DNA of 64,000 nucleotides from Candidatus Latescibacterota bacterium (GTDB taxonomy: Bacteria > Latescibacterota > UBA2968 > UBA8231). How positions within the stretch are numbered: position 1 is the first letter of the stretch; every line of letters begins with the position of its first letter. The notes under the pieces were generated by a model that made no database searches, was not told where the DNA came from, and saw only the letters and a program-made list of their open reading frames with translations. Positions 1-9,405 of the stretch are shown here, one piece after another. The stretch is taken from assembly GCA_965223905.1 (NCBI GenBank), contig CBDCXV010000001.1, positions 960,001 to 1,024,000 on the forward strand, given 5' to 3'. Position numbers and translations under genes: made by a program.

Positions 1-1215
1 GAGGCGGCTGCCTTGGCTCAGAGGCTGGTAACGCCGCATATCGAGGATATAGCGCGCAAAGTCCCGGTCCCCCCCCAAAGTTCCTCCGGCCTGTTCGCCA
101 AAGCCGTTGACAAACCAGCCGCGCCGGGGGCTGTGCCGGCTGTCGCGGCTGTCCCAGCGCAGTTCCGCCCGCAAGCTTTTGCAGCGCTCCTCGTCAATGG
201 CTGGATTGGGGCGGAAGCGGTCCCGGCCCAGGGGGCCCAACAAGGCCCACTGGACGCTGTTGGCCAGGGAGGAGAAATCGTCCTGGGCATAGCGGGCGAT
301 CAAGCGCAGGTCGGTGCCAAGGCTCTGCACCGCATATAGGCTGAAACCCGTGCGGCGATAGAAATCGTGGAAATCGCGCCGGAACATCACCGCATCCAGC
401 GAGTTTTCCTCGGCCGACAGCAGCCAGTGATCTTGGGTATCGGTCAGATCGTGCAACTCGGCACCCACGCCCGCCGCCAGCCATTCAATACCCAACTGGT
501 AGCGCCAGTGGTCGCCGCCCAGACCGCGGCCCAACTCGCCGTATTTCACCAGCCGGGAAAAGCCATTGAGATGGACCCGGGGACGCCAGCCCAGATAGAG
601 ACCGTCAACTCTGTTGTACCGGGCGACCAGGCTTTCGGTCTTCCATTCAGGCAACTCCCTGTGGCCATCGTCCCACTGTCCCTGCCAGGCGGCGAAAAGG
701 CTGGTCTCCAGAACGCGGGGATATTGCAAAGCCCGGGCGAGCAAGTTCTCCAGGCGGCCCTCGAAACGCACTAGGATCAGGTCCTCGTCGTTGAGGGCGA
801 TGAGCTGCATTCGATCTACTGTCTGCTCGCCTATGTGATAGAGCAGCCAAGCCGTTTCCCGGCCGTCGCGCACTTTGAGGGCAATTTCCCAATTTTTTCG
901 CGACAGCAATTCCTGGATCCGGGGCGGCATTCCCGGATCATGCCCGGAAAGAGCGCGGCGAGTCGTGTACACGCCCAGTTTGACGGCGTGTATTTCGCTC
1001 AACATTCCGCGCACCCTCCAGGTTGGGGGCACGAGAAAAGTGACCAGACGGGCAAAGCCCACGCTCATTGGGCCGAAGCTCATTTCAATTTGCCGCTCGT
1101 ATTGGACCTCGGGGAGTTCCCGCTCTATTTCTTGGCGCAACTGGCCCAACTCTGCGGCCCGGAAACAACCGGTCAGACCCAGCACAACAATTGCATACAA
1201 GGTCAATCGGGTCAT
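1..1215 (-). CDS. Lipoprotein with DUF4252-like N-terminus fused to a BamA/TamA-like outer-membrane beta-barrel region (runs off the window edge)
   Basis: Not in the ORF track. Manual translation from ATG at 1215 gives MTRLTLYAIVVLGLTGC (lipobox)...WEIALKVRDGRETAWLLY...RYNRVDGLYLG...DFYRRTGFSLY...RFRPNPAIDE...GWFVNGFGEQAG, open to position 1, directly after the DUF4252 gene. Confidence 0.7.
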   Translation of the reverse strand, partial: MTRLTLYAIVVLGLTGCFRAAELGQLRQEIERELPEVQYERQIEMSFGPMSVGFARLVTFLVPPTWRVRGMLSEIHAVKLGVYTTRRALSGHDPGMPPRIQELLSRKNWEIALKVRDGRETAWLLYHIGEQTVDRMQLIALNDEDLILVRFEGRLENLLARALQYPRVLETSLFAAWQGQWDDGHRELPEWKTESLVARYNRVDGLYLGWRPRVHLNGFSRLVKYGELGRGLGGDHWRYQLGIEWLAAGVGAELHDLTDTQDHWLLSAEENSLDAVMFRRDFHDFYRRTGFSLYAVQSLGTDLRLIARYAQDDFSSLANSVQWALLGPLGRDRFRPNPAIDEERCKSLRAELRWDSRDSRHSPRRGWFVNGFGEQAGGTLGGDRDFARYILDMRRYQPLSQGSRL

Positions 1216-1217
1216 GG

Positions 1218-1781
1218 CTATTCCTGCCGCATTGCTTTGGAGGATGCCCCCCCCAGGTCAATGCTGTCCAAAGGCGCTATGTCGAACTTGCGGCCAATGC
1301 GCCCCACCTGAGCCAGGTCGAGGGGGCCTACGATATTGATGAAGACGAATTCGCCAGGCTCGCATACCAATAGCAGGAGCCCGACGATGCCCTCATCCGC
1401 GGTGCGCACGTAGAACTGCATTCGTTCGTTCCGGTCGCGCACCTGCACTACCTGCTCCCAGTCCGGCAGGGTGAAGTCCTTCAGCCGTCCGGCAATGCTC
1501 TGGTAGGACGCGCCCAGGTCTTCGTGGACCAGGACGCGGATGAGGTGCAGGGCATCCAGCATATCGGCCAGTTCTTTGTCTTCAACCCGGGAGGCCGCGG
1601 CCACCAAGTCGAGGAGCGGGTCTTTCAGGAAGATCTCAAGGGTGGCTTCCGGGTCGGCCTCATCGAACAGGCCCAGGGAGGCGAAATCGACGTACCCGGG
1701 ATGTTCTTCCAGTGGTGGAGAGGCCCAGGCGTTGGTGGAACCGACGGCGGCAAGAAAAAACAGAGCTTGAAAAAAGGGCAT
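1218..1781 (-). CDS. DUF4252 family exported protein
   Basis: Signal peptide, HPGYVDF, WEQVVQVRD, EFVFINIVGPLDL motifs; lies in an ECF operon. Confidence 0.75.
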   Translation of the reverse strand: MPFFQALFFLAAVGSTNAWASPPLEEHPGYVDFASLGLFDEADPEATLEIFLKDPLLDLVAAASRVEDKELADMLDALHLIRVLVHEDLGASYQSIAGRLKDFTLPDWEQVVQVRDRNERMQFYVRTADEGIVGLLLLVCEPGEFVFINIVGPLDLAQVGRIGRKFDIAPLDSIDLGGASSKAMRQE

Positions 1782-1793
1782 GGCAACAACTCC

Positions 1794-2315
1794 TCACATG
1801 TTTTGAACGCGCAGGATGGTTTCCAGGTCGAAGCGCAGGGGCTCGACCAGGTGCGGATGGATCACGTCATCGCGCACTGCGGCACCCACGCGGCAGTTCA
1901 GGTCACTCAGATAGGCCAGGGTCCACTCTACCTGGCGGCGGGCCTGGGCAATTTCCCCAGGGCTCAAGGTGGGCGGAACAGGTGCTGGGTCGAACAGGAG
2001 ACGGCCGGCGATCAAGGCCAGAACGGCTGCGGCTGCAAGGGGTGCGAACCACCTCCTGGCGGCGGTTGGCAAGCGGTCCTGTCGGGTTCGGAGAATGCGG
2101 GCATGGAGAGCTTGGGAAACCGTGTCGGGACAGGTGACCGGGGGCAGAGCGCGAAGGCCTTTTACCAGGCCGCGGGCCTCCTCCAGCTCGGCGGCGCATG
2201 CCGCGCAAGCCGCTGCATGAGCCTCTATCCGGCCCTGTTCAACAGGCGTCAACTCGCCCTCGATGAATGCTTCAATTCGCTCCTGGATCCAGGAACAGTG
2301 AGAGGCTGCAGGCAT
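1794..2315 (-). CDS. Zinc-finger (zf-HC2/ZAS) anti-sigma factor
   Basis: HAAACAAC (HxxxCxxC) plus one TM helix; directly downstream of the ECF sigma gene. Confidence 0.85.
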   Translation of the reverse strand: MPAASHCSWIQERIEAFIEGELTPVEQGRIEAHAAACAACAAELEEARGLVKGLRALPPVTCPDTVSQALHARILRTRQDRLPTAARRWFAPLAAAAVLALIAGRLLFDPAPVPPTLSPGEIAQARRQVEWTLAYLSDLNCRVGAAVRDDVIHPHLVEPLRFDLETILRVQNM

Positions 2316-2318
2316 GGT

Positions 2319-2801
2319 CTATTCCCGTAAAAGGGCTCGGAGGCGTCTCCGCCCGCGGTGGAGGTATACTTTGACTGTGTTGAGGGGCATCTCAAGGTTC
2401 TGACTGATTTCCTGGTAGGACAGGCCCTGGATTTCCCGCAGGATGACAATGTCCCGGTAGGGGCTTTCCAGCCGGGTAAGGGCCGCCTCCAATTGCCGTC
2501 GCAGGTCCACATGGCACACTTCGGGAGCCGCGGTGCGCTGGAGGGCCGGGTCGGGGTCTTGAGCGCTGACCACCGAGCGGTAGCGCCGCCGCTTGCGCAA
2601 GGCATCCAGACAGGCGTTGCGCGCCACCCGGGTCAACCAGGCCGCCACATTTCTGTCGTCCATGTGGGAGCTGTGTTGCCACAGGCGAAACAGCACCTCC
2701 TGTGTAATATCCTCGGCGTCCTCGCGGTTGCCCATGTAGTAGAAGGCGAACGTGTAAATGCGGTCCCGGTGCTCCTCGCAGAGCCAGCGGAAACGTCCCA
2801 T
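2319..2801 (-). CDS. ECF sigma-70 family RNA polymerase sigma factor
   Basis: DAEDITQEVLFRLW, WLTRVARNACLD, GLSYQEIS...NTVKVYLHRGR (regions 2 and 4). Confidence 0.92.
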   Translation of the reverse strand: MGRFRWLCEEHRDRIYTFAFYYMGNREDAEDITQEVLFRLWQHSSHMDDRNVAAWLTRVARNACLDALRKRRRYRSVVSAQDPDPALQRTAAPEVCHVDLRRQLEAALTRLESPYRDIVILREIQGLSYQEISQNLEMPLNTVKVYLHRGRRRLRALLRE

Positions 2802-2835
2802 CTCGCTGTTTCCCCCTCTTCCTTCGCCTATACTA

Positions 2836-2861
2836 AACGATGGCGGCGGGGAAAAGTTACA
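2836..2861 (-). promoter_or_regulatory. ECF-type promoter, probably autoregulatory
   Basis: Minus strand reads TGTAAC-N16-CGTT about 35 bp upstream of the sigma ATG, matching the AAC/CGT ECF consensus. Confidence 0.65.
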
Positions 2862-2965
2862 GGAGAAAAGAGATGGGGATCGTTGTACCAGTTTGCCGAG
2901 CGGATGACAGGGTATTCAGGGCCGTCCGTACCGCAAGCGATAGCCAATAGCCAAAGGAGTACGTC

Positions 2966-4090
2966 ATGTCGGGCACTGAAGCTCCTGTCGGACCCAACGA
3001 TGCGATCAAGGTCACCAGAATCGAGACGTTCGTTCTTAAAAACTCCTGGGTCTTCGTCAAGATTTCGACGGACGCGGGCATCACCGGTTGGGGAGAGATG
3101 CTCAAGAACGACGCCAGGGCCTGTGCCGCCGGCGCGCTCGAAGTCCCCGGCTACCTGGTAGGCAAGGACCCCCGCCCGGTCACTCACCACTGGCAAGCCA
3201 TCCATCGCGGCGCCTTCTATCGCGGCGGCCCGATCAAAACCGCCATCTCGTCCGGAATCGATATGGCCCTTTGGGACATCACCGGCAAATGCTATGGCGT
3301 GCCCGTGTACAAGCTGCTCGGCGGCCCCACGCGCGAGCGGATTCGGGTTTACGGAAAAGTGAGCGAGAAGACCGGCGTCAACGCCATGAAGGTGGGCCCG
3401 GGCACGTCGCGTTCCCCCTTCAGATACATCGAGGGCCAGAAATTCGTCGATGAGATCGTCGAGCGCTTCAAGGCTCTTCGCGAACAACACGGCCCCGGCG
3501 TCGATATCGCCGTCGACTTTCACGGCGCAGTGCAACCCCCTACCGCCATGCTGCTCATCAAGGCGCTCGAACCGTATCACCCCTGGTTCTACGAGGAAAT
3601 CGTGCAGGCCCTCAATGTCGACGTCATGGCCGAGCTCGCCGAGAAGACCCACATCCCGATTGCAACGGGCGAGCGCATCTTTACCAAGTGGGGGTTCAAG
3701 GAGATCCTCGAAAAGCGCGCCGCCCACATCCTGCAGCCGGATGTCTGCTATGCCGGGGGCATCACCGAATTGAAGATCATCGCCGGCATGGCCGAGGCTT
3801 ATTACTCGCCGCTGGCCCCGCACAACCCGCAAGGTCCCTGTTCGCTCGCAGCGAGTCTGCAGATCGCCGCTGCCATTCCCAACTTTCTCATCCAGGAGCG
3901 CGGCGACAACGAATACGCGGACCTGCTCGCAAAACCCTTGCCACCGGTCGCTAACGGCCACCGGCCCCTGCCCACGGATCCCGGCCTCGGCATCGCCATC
4001 GACGAAGACAAGCTCATGGACCAGGTCGGCGAACCGGGTCCCTATCGAGTCAGCCTTGACTCCGACGACGGGTCGGTCGTGGACTGGTAG
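2966..4090 (+). CDS. dgoD: Galactonate dehydratase-like enzyme (mandelate racemase/enolase superfamily)
   Basis: GITGWGE, FYRGGP, SGIDMALWDITGK, VDFHG, YEE, ATGER, APHNPQGP; AAGGAG RBS. Confidence 0.7.
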   Translation: MSGTEAPVGPNDAIKVTRIETFVLKNSWVFVKISTDAGITGWGEMLKNDARACAAGALEVPGYLVGKDPRPVTHHWQAIHRGAFYRGGPIKTAISSGIDMALWDITGKCYGVPVYKLLGGPTRERIRVYGKVSEKTGVNAMKVGPGTSRSPFRYIEGQKFVDEIVERFKALREQHGPGVDIAVDFHGAVQPPTAMLLIKALEPYHPWFYEEIVQALNVDVMAELAEKTHIPIATGERIFTKWGFKEILEKRAAHILQPDVCYAGGITELKIIAGMAEAYYSPLAPHNPQGPCSLAASLQIAAAIPNFLIQERGDNEYADLLAKPLPPVANGHRPLPTDPGLGIAIDEDKLMDQVGEPGPYRVSLDSDDGSVVDW

Positions 4091-4189
4091 GCCGGGGAGA
4101 AGGTACACTTGAAATCATCAGATTTCTGGAAAGTCAGGGATGGCAGTTTAGGTTGTCAGCGAGGCTCCGACATAAAAAAGGACATATGA

Positions 4190-4534
4190 ATGGCTGCGAA
4201 GATAGTTGATATACAGGTATGCGAATTGCTACCGCCACCGCCGAGCGAGAAAGAGACGCCAGCCCGCCGTCCGTCATGGGGACAGACATTTGTGCAAGCA
4301 ACCCCTCTGGACAGATTCGACCAACCGGTCCATCGGCGGGAGCCGGGTGGATTGGTGTGGGTCAAGGTCATTGCCGATGACGGAACCTGGGGCCTGGGGC
4401 TTGCTGACACGGGCCACGTAGTGACGATACTCATCAAGGAATGTCTTGCACCGCTGGTTGTTGGGCAGGAGGTGGGGGCGATTGACCTTTGTAACGATTT
4501 GATGTGGCGTGGGACGCTCTCTTTCGGCGTTGAA
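4190..4534 (+). pseudogene. 5' fragment of an L-rhamnonate-dehydratase-like enolase-superfamily gene
   Basis: VWVKVIADDGTWGLG...IKECLAPLVVGQEVGAIDLCNDLMWRGTLSFG; similarity ends abruptly and the catalytic barrel is absent. Confidence 0.6.
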
Positions 4535-4681
4535 TCCCCACCAGGATCCCTGCAGGACGATGGCCCCGTACGGGGCGGCGATGCCGATGAACAGGGAGAG
4601 GAGAGCGCCGACAAGCAGGCCCTTCCAGCTGAAGGCCGACTTCGGCCGGCTGTCCCGGCGGGGATGGAGCGGAACGCTCAT
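4526..4681 (-). pseudogene. 5' fragment of a DUF6785-like membrane protein gene
   Basis: MSVPLHPRRDSRPKSAFSWKGLLVGALLSLFIGIAAPYGAIVLQGSWWGFNA resembles the first TM of the intact paralogue at 20927 (LTLRSAFLGLCVVLLICIGAP). Confidence 0.5.
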
Positions 4682-4831
4682 GCGGGGAGGATCAGGCTTT
4701 CAAACGCGCTGTCGGGGAAACCACGATGATGGCTTGCCTCCGACGAAACAGATCGGGGGGACACGCCCCCCAAATGAAGCAATGATCCTTGGATGTTGTC
4801 AGCCCGGACCCGCCCCCCTATCGTCAACCCC

Positions 4832-5770
4832 ATGAGCGTCATCGAAACCTTCGACCTCAGCAAACGCTACGGTACCCGGCGCGGCGAGTCCGTGCTGGCC
4901 GTGGACCAGGTCTCCTTCGCCGTGGAGCGGGGCCAGGTCTTCGGCTTCCTCGGGCCGAACGGGAGCGGCAAGACCACCACCATCGGCATGCTCATGGGGA
5001 TCATCAACCCCACCGGCGGGAGCTTCCGGCTCTTCGGGGCCTCCGAGCCCCGGGACCTGGTCGCCGCCCGCGCCCGCGTCGGCGCCACCCTGGAGACGCC
5101 CAACTTCTACCCCTACATGAGCGGACGCGACAACCTCCGCGTCGCCGCTGCGGTGAAGGGGGTGGGGCGCCCGCGCATCGAAGAGTGCCTGGAGCTGGTC
5201 GGCCTGGCGGACCGCGCCAGAGACCGCTTCCGCACCTACTCGCTGGGCATGAAACAGCGCCTCGCCCTGGCCGCCACCATGCTCAACGACCCCGAGCTGG
5301 TCGTCCTCGACGAGCCCGCCAACGGCCTGGATCCCCAGGGCATGAGGGAGATCCGCGAGATCATCCGCATCCTCGCGGACCGGGGGAAGACCATTTTCCT
5401 CTCCAGCCACCTGCTGTGGGAGGTCGAGCGCACCTGCACCCACGTCTCCATCGTGCGCAAGGGGAGGATCGTCGCCACCGGGACCGTAGAGGAGGTGGTG
5501 GGCGGGGGAACGGCCGCCCTGCTGCGCGCAGAAAACGAAGACGCGCTCGCCGCGGCGCTGCAGGGCTACCCAGAGGCGACCTCGGTGCGCCGGTCCGAGG
5601 GCGGGGTCGTCGTGACCTTGAAATCGGACGACCTCGCCGGCCTGAACCGCTACCTGGCCGGTCGGGGGATTCACGTTTCCCACCTGGCCCCGCACCGCCA
5701 GAGCCTCGAAGAAGCCTTCATGGAACTGACCGAGGGGGACTTCGACTCCATGACGGAGATCGCGTCGTGA
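4832..5770 (+). CDS. ABC transporter ATP-binding protein (ABC-2/BcrA-like exporter)
   Basis: GPNGSGKTT Walker A, YSLGMKQRL signature, LDEPANGLD Walker B, SSH. Confidence 0.92.
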   Translation: MSVIETFDLSKRYGTRRGESVLAVDQVSFAVERGQVFGFLGPNGSGKTTTIGMLMGIINPTGGSFRLFGASEPRDLVAARARVGATLETPNFYPYMSGRDNLRVAAAVKGVGRPRIEECLELVGLADRARDRFRTYSLGMKQRLALAATMLNDPELVVLDEPANGLDPQGMREIREIIRILADRGKTIFLSSHLLWEVERTCTHVSIVRKGRIVATGTVEEVVGGGTAALLRAENEDALAAALQGYPEATSVRRSEGGVVVTLKSDDLAGLNRYLAGRGIHVSHLAPHRQSLEEAFMELTEGDFDSMTEIAS

Positions 5771-6645
5771 CCGGGGCCCCCCCCGTGGATTCATCGCCAC
5801 CCGGACGTGACGGGAGCCCCCTCGGGATCCTCGGGGTGCTGATCCGGATCGAGGCGCTCAAGACGACCAGGCGCCTGGCCTTCTGGGTGACCGCCGGGAT
5901 CTTTGCCGCGGTCAATGCGATCTTCGCCGCAAACGGCGTGCGCAACGCGATTCAAAGCCCCCACTCTGTGTTCTCGCTCCCCGACGCCTGGTCGGAGCTC
6001 CTCCAGGTTCCCGCCAATATCGGGCCGTTCTTCCTCGGGGTGACGATGATTCTCCTGTTCGCCCCGGAGTTCTCGTGGCGGACCGCCCGGCAGAACGTCA
6101 TCGACGGTCTCAGCAAGGAGCGCTTCTACGCAGGGAAGCTCATCCTGCTCGCCATCCTGGTGGCGCTATTCCTCGTCCTGCCCATCGTCATCGGGGGCGC
6201 CGCTGCGCTGGTCAGCCCGGGCGAGAGCAGTTCGCCGCTGATACGGCTCAGCGACTTCAACTACATGCTCGCCTGCGGGCTGGGGCTGCTGCTGTGGGGA
6301 AGCGGGGCGTTCATGCTGGCGGCCCTGCTGCGCTCTTCGGGCGCGGCGATGGGGATACTGTTCGTCTACCTGCTCGTGGAGAAGATCCTGTCACAGGTGC
6401 TGGCCGAGGCGAGCGAGGCCCTGCACTCCGCACTCTCTTTCCTCCCGGCCAAGGTGTTCGAGGAGCTCGCGGACCGCCGGCTGCACTACCCCGAAATGCT
6501 CGAGCGGGTAAACGCAATGCGCGCCGAGCAGGGCCGGCCGCTGCTGGAGTTCCACGATTTCGGGCTACTGGCCGCGGTGGCGCTCGCCTGCAGCGCCGTC
6601 TTCCTGGCGACCGCCTTCGTCAGCATGAGAAGAAGGGATCTCTGA
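5767..6645 (+). CDS. ABC-2 family transporter permease
   Basis: GTG overlaps the ATPase stop (GTGA); about 6 TM helices, EFSWRTARQNVIDGLSK, C-terminal RRRDL. Confidence 0.85.
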   Translation: MTGAPPVDSSPPGRDGSPLGILGVLIRIEALKTTRRLAFWVTAGIFAAVNAIFAANGVRNAIQSPHSVFSLPDAWSELLQVPANIGPFFLGVTMILLFAPEFSWRTARQNVIDGLSKERFYAGKLILLAILVALFLVLPIVIGGAAALVSPGESSSPLIRLSDFNYMLACGLGLLLWGSGAFMLAALLRSSGAAMGILFVYLLVEKILSQVLAEASEALHSALSFLPAKVFEELADRRLHYPEMLERVNAMRAEQGRPLLEFHDFGLLAAVALACSAVFLATAFVSMRRRDL

Positions 6646-6661
6646 CCGAAGGGATACTCGC

Positions 6662-6976
6662 ATGGAGTTAGGCATCTTCATCTTCCTCGTCATGCTGCTC
6701 TCCGCCCTGCCCCTCTTTGTCATCGCCTACCTGATCAGGGGCAGGAAACAGGTCGGGCTGATCGCCGGTCTCGACCCGAACCGGGTGGCCGACAGGGAGG
6801 GGTTGGGCCGCTGGGTCGGGCTGATGCTCTTCCTTCTCGGAGCGGTGACCATCCTGATGGGCTTGGGGATCTGGCTGTTTACCGGCAAGACCCTGATCAT
6901 CGTGCTCGCCGGTGTCGCGCTGCTCTCCGCCGTGACCATCACGCTGGTCGTCGGCATCCGGAGATACGTCGCCTGA
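6662..6976 (+). CDS. DUF3784-like small membrane protein
   Basis: 3 TM helices with LIAGLD...DREGLGRWVG. Confidence 0.65.
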   Translation: MELGIFIFLVMLLSALPLFVIAYLIRGRKQVGLIAGLDPNRVADREGLGRWVGLMLFLLGAVTILMGLGIWLFTGKTLIIVLAGVALLSAVTITLVVGIRRYVA

Positions 6977-7237
6977 GGTGGCCTGTAGCTTCGAGCGGCC
7001 CGTCCTGCAACTTGACCGGGGTGGGCGCGGCCCTGCGAGGTTGTGGTTCCGCCGGGCCCGGTTCAGGCGAGCCTGTGGCGGTCGCTTCGGTGTTTCGGCC
7101 GAGCCCGGCCCATTCCCGGCCTGTGGCGGTCGCTGAGGATCATCGCGCCCGACCGATCCGGCCTGGATTCGTTACTTCAAATTAGAAGCGGCAGGGAGTT
7201 GAACCCGCCGCTGGCAGGATTTTCGAAGGAGGCAACC

Positions 7238-8029
7238 GTGAAACTTGGGTTGATGGCAGGAGATCTACTGCAGCCGGCAGAGATGCGGCCCGAGGGATTC
7301 GAGGCGGTGCAGATGTTTTTCGGCGGGGGAGCGGACGGGGATGCGAAGGATCCGTCGGCGGAAGATATCGACCGGGTGCTGCAGGCAGCCGGTATCGCGC
7401 TGGCGGCGATGACCCTGCACGTCGACCTGGTCGGGGCAGAGGGGGTGGTCGAAGAGGATGTCGCAAGGCTGGTGCGCTGCGTGGAGAAGACCGCGGCCCT
7501 CGGCGGGCGTTTCGGCGACAACGCGCGACCGCTGCTGGTTTGGCATCCGTCGGGGTATCCGGAGGAGGGCGTCGACGACCGGGCGGTGTTCGAGGGTCTG
7601 TGCACAGGGCTGGCCACGGCCTGCGCCGCGGCGGAGAAATGTGGCGTTGTCATCGCGGTGGAGATGACCCGGGCGGGGAGCATCGACGGGGCGGAGCGCT
7701 TTTTGCGGGTGCAGGACCGGGTGGGGTCCGAAGCGCTCAAGGTTTGCATGGACGCGGCGAACTTCGCGCCGGACCGCACCCCGCTGGTGCGCGCGGTGCG
7801 CATGCTCGGCCCCGATATCGCAATCGCCCACGGCAAGGACGCGCGCTTCGCCGAGAACGGCGAGGTCGCCGACTACGGCCCGACGGGGTCGGGGTGCCTG
7901 GATTATCCGGCCTATATCGGCGCGCTGCAGGAGTGGACGCAGGTGCCCTGTTTCGTCCTTGAGTACTACAATAGCCGCGATGAAGTGTTGAGGGCACGAG
8001 ATATTGTGCAGGCCTCGATGTTGCGTTAG
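7238..8029 (+). CDS. Sugar phosphate isomerase/epimerase (xylose isomerase-like TIM barrel)
   Basis: AAGGAGG RBS plus GTG at 7238; IAVE, MDAAN, AHGKD, GSGCLDY, VLEY motifs. Confidence 0.8.
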   Translation: MKLGLMAGDLLQPAEMRPEGFEAVQMFFGGGADGDAKDPSAEDIDRVLQAAGIALAAMTLHVDLVGAEGVVEEDVARLVRCVEKTAALGGRFGDNARPLLVWHPSGYPEEGVDDRAVFEGLCTGLATACAAAEKCGVVIAVEMTRAGSIDGAERFLRVQDRVGSEALKVCMDAANFAPDRTPLVRAVRMLGPDIAIAHGKDARFAENGEVADYGPTGSGCLDYPAYIGALQEWTQVPCFVLEYYNSRDEVLRARDIVQASMLR

Positions 8030-8084
8030 GGCATGAGATAGAATACTTTCTCCACAGATCATGAATCTCATGGAAGGTGACGCT

Positions 8085-8756
8085 ATGGCCAGGCAGCCTG
8101 AAACACTCTCCTTTCTCCATCTCCGGTCCGACGAGGTCGATGAGCTGCCGGCGAGGCTCAAGGAAAGGTTCGGCGCCAGGTTCGAGTCGGCGGACGAGTG
8201 GATTCTTCTCGGCACCGCCGATCGACAGCTTGCCAGGCTGGCCGACCACGTCATTCGCGTCCTGGCAATGAAGGGGGCGGAACGCGCTCACGACCTCAGC
8301 GAGCGCAATATCGAGCAGTTGGTCGATTTCCTGCTGTCGCGTGCCCCTCACGCCGATGTCGAGACCGACCTGGAGATCGACAACGTCCAGCTCCGCGCCG
8401 ACTACCTGGGGGAAACCCCGACTTTGACCGCAGCTGAAGTCCGTGCCGCGTCGGACCTGAGGCCGCGCAACAAGAGCGAACCGGCATCGCGCTGGAAACG
8501 GGAAGGCAGGATCTTCGCGGTGCGGTGCCAGGGCATCGACCGCTATCCCGCGTTTCAATTCCAGGACGGGGCGCCGCGACCCGTGATCAAGGACATACTC
8601 GCCGTCCTGCCCAAAGCGACGACGGCATGGCAGACGGCGCTGTGGTTCGCCTCCGGGAATGGCTGGCTCGACGGCGCCGAACCGCAGCAGCGGCTGGATG
8701 ACGGCGATCAGGTAGTCGAAGCCGCCAGGCGACTCGCCGAACCCGCTTTCGGATAA
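8085..8756 (+). CDS. Antitoxin with Xre/MbcA/ParS-type C-terminal domain
   Basis: ASRWKREGRIFAV, YPAFQF, ALWFASGNGWLDGAEP; immediately upstream of a RES gene. Confidence 0.8.
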   Translation: MARQPETLSFLHLRSDEVDELPARLKERFGARFESADEWILLGTADRQLARLADHVIRVLAMKGAERAHDLSERNIEQLVDFLLSRAPHADVETDLEIDNVQLRADYLGETPTLTAAEVRAASDLRPRNKSEPASRWKREGRIFAVRCQGIDRYPAFQFQDGAPRPVIKDILAVLPKATTAWQTALWFASGNGWLDGAEPQQRLDDGDQVVEAARRLAEPAFG

Positions 8757-8766
8757 CGGGCTGGCC

Positions 8767-9405
8767 GTGGAGTCCATCCCGACCCCGCCGGCCGTCCTTG
8801 CGACACCGAATCTCACCGTGCTCGAGGCCGGGGCACTGCTACATCGCGTCCACGACCGGAGGCTCGCCCCGAATGCCTTCAACCCCTGCCATGGCGGCCC
8901 CACGCGTTTCGCACCCATCCGGGACAGCGATGGGCGGTGCGTTCCTTCTCTGTACGCCGGCAGGACTCTCGTTTCGGCCATTTTCGAGACGGTCTTCCAT
9001 GACGTTCCTGCCGAGGCGGAGTTCAACACCGTGCCGAGATACCAGATCGACCGCCGGTCGCACGGCACGCTTCAACTGCGGCGCGCCATCCGCCTGGCCA
9101 ATCTGCGCGCCGCAGACCTCAAGAAGTGGAACGTCACCCGGGCGGCCCTGATAGCCAGCCCGCCGAGCTGCTACAGCCGGACGGCAGAGTGGGCCCGGGC
9201 GATCCATGATCAGTTCCCGGATGTAGAAGGGCTGATCTGGACCTCGAACCAATGCGACCCGGATGATGTTCTGCTTCTCTTCGGCGACCGCGTGGCGGAG
9301 CCTGACCTCGGGATCGTGGCGGTTCGGGACGGTGGTTCCGATGCGTCGTTTCTGGAGGATGTGCGCATCGCCGGTGAACGGGCCGGGATCCGGATCACGG
9401 TGTGA
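8767..9405 (+). CDS. RES-domain toxin (NAD+ phosphorylase family)
   Basis: LHRVH, PTRFAP, SLYAG...AIFETVFHD, GLIWTS, LLFGDR. Confidence 0.85.
   Translation: MESIPTPPAVLATPNLTVLEAGALLHRVHDRRLAPNAFNPCHGGPTRFAPIRDSDGRCVPSLYAGRTLVSAIFETVFHDVPAEAEFNTVPRYQIDRRSHGTLQLRRAIRLANLRAADLKKWNVTRAALIASPPSCYSRTAEWARAIHDQFPDVEGLIWTSNQCDPDDVLLLFGDRVAEPDLGIVAVRDGGSDASFLEDVRIAGERAGIRITV

Noticed and set aside
7171-7212. tRNA-like fragments (ACTTCAAAT; reverse strand GGGTTCAACTCCC)
   Set aside because: The two motifs lie on opposite strands and no cloverleaf or acceptor stem can be built
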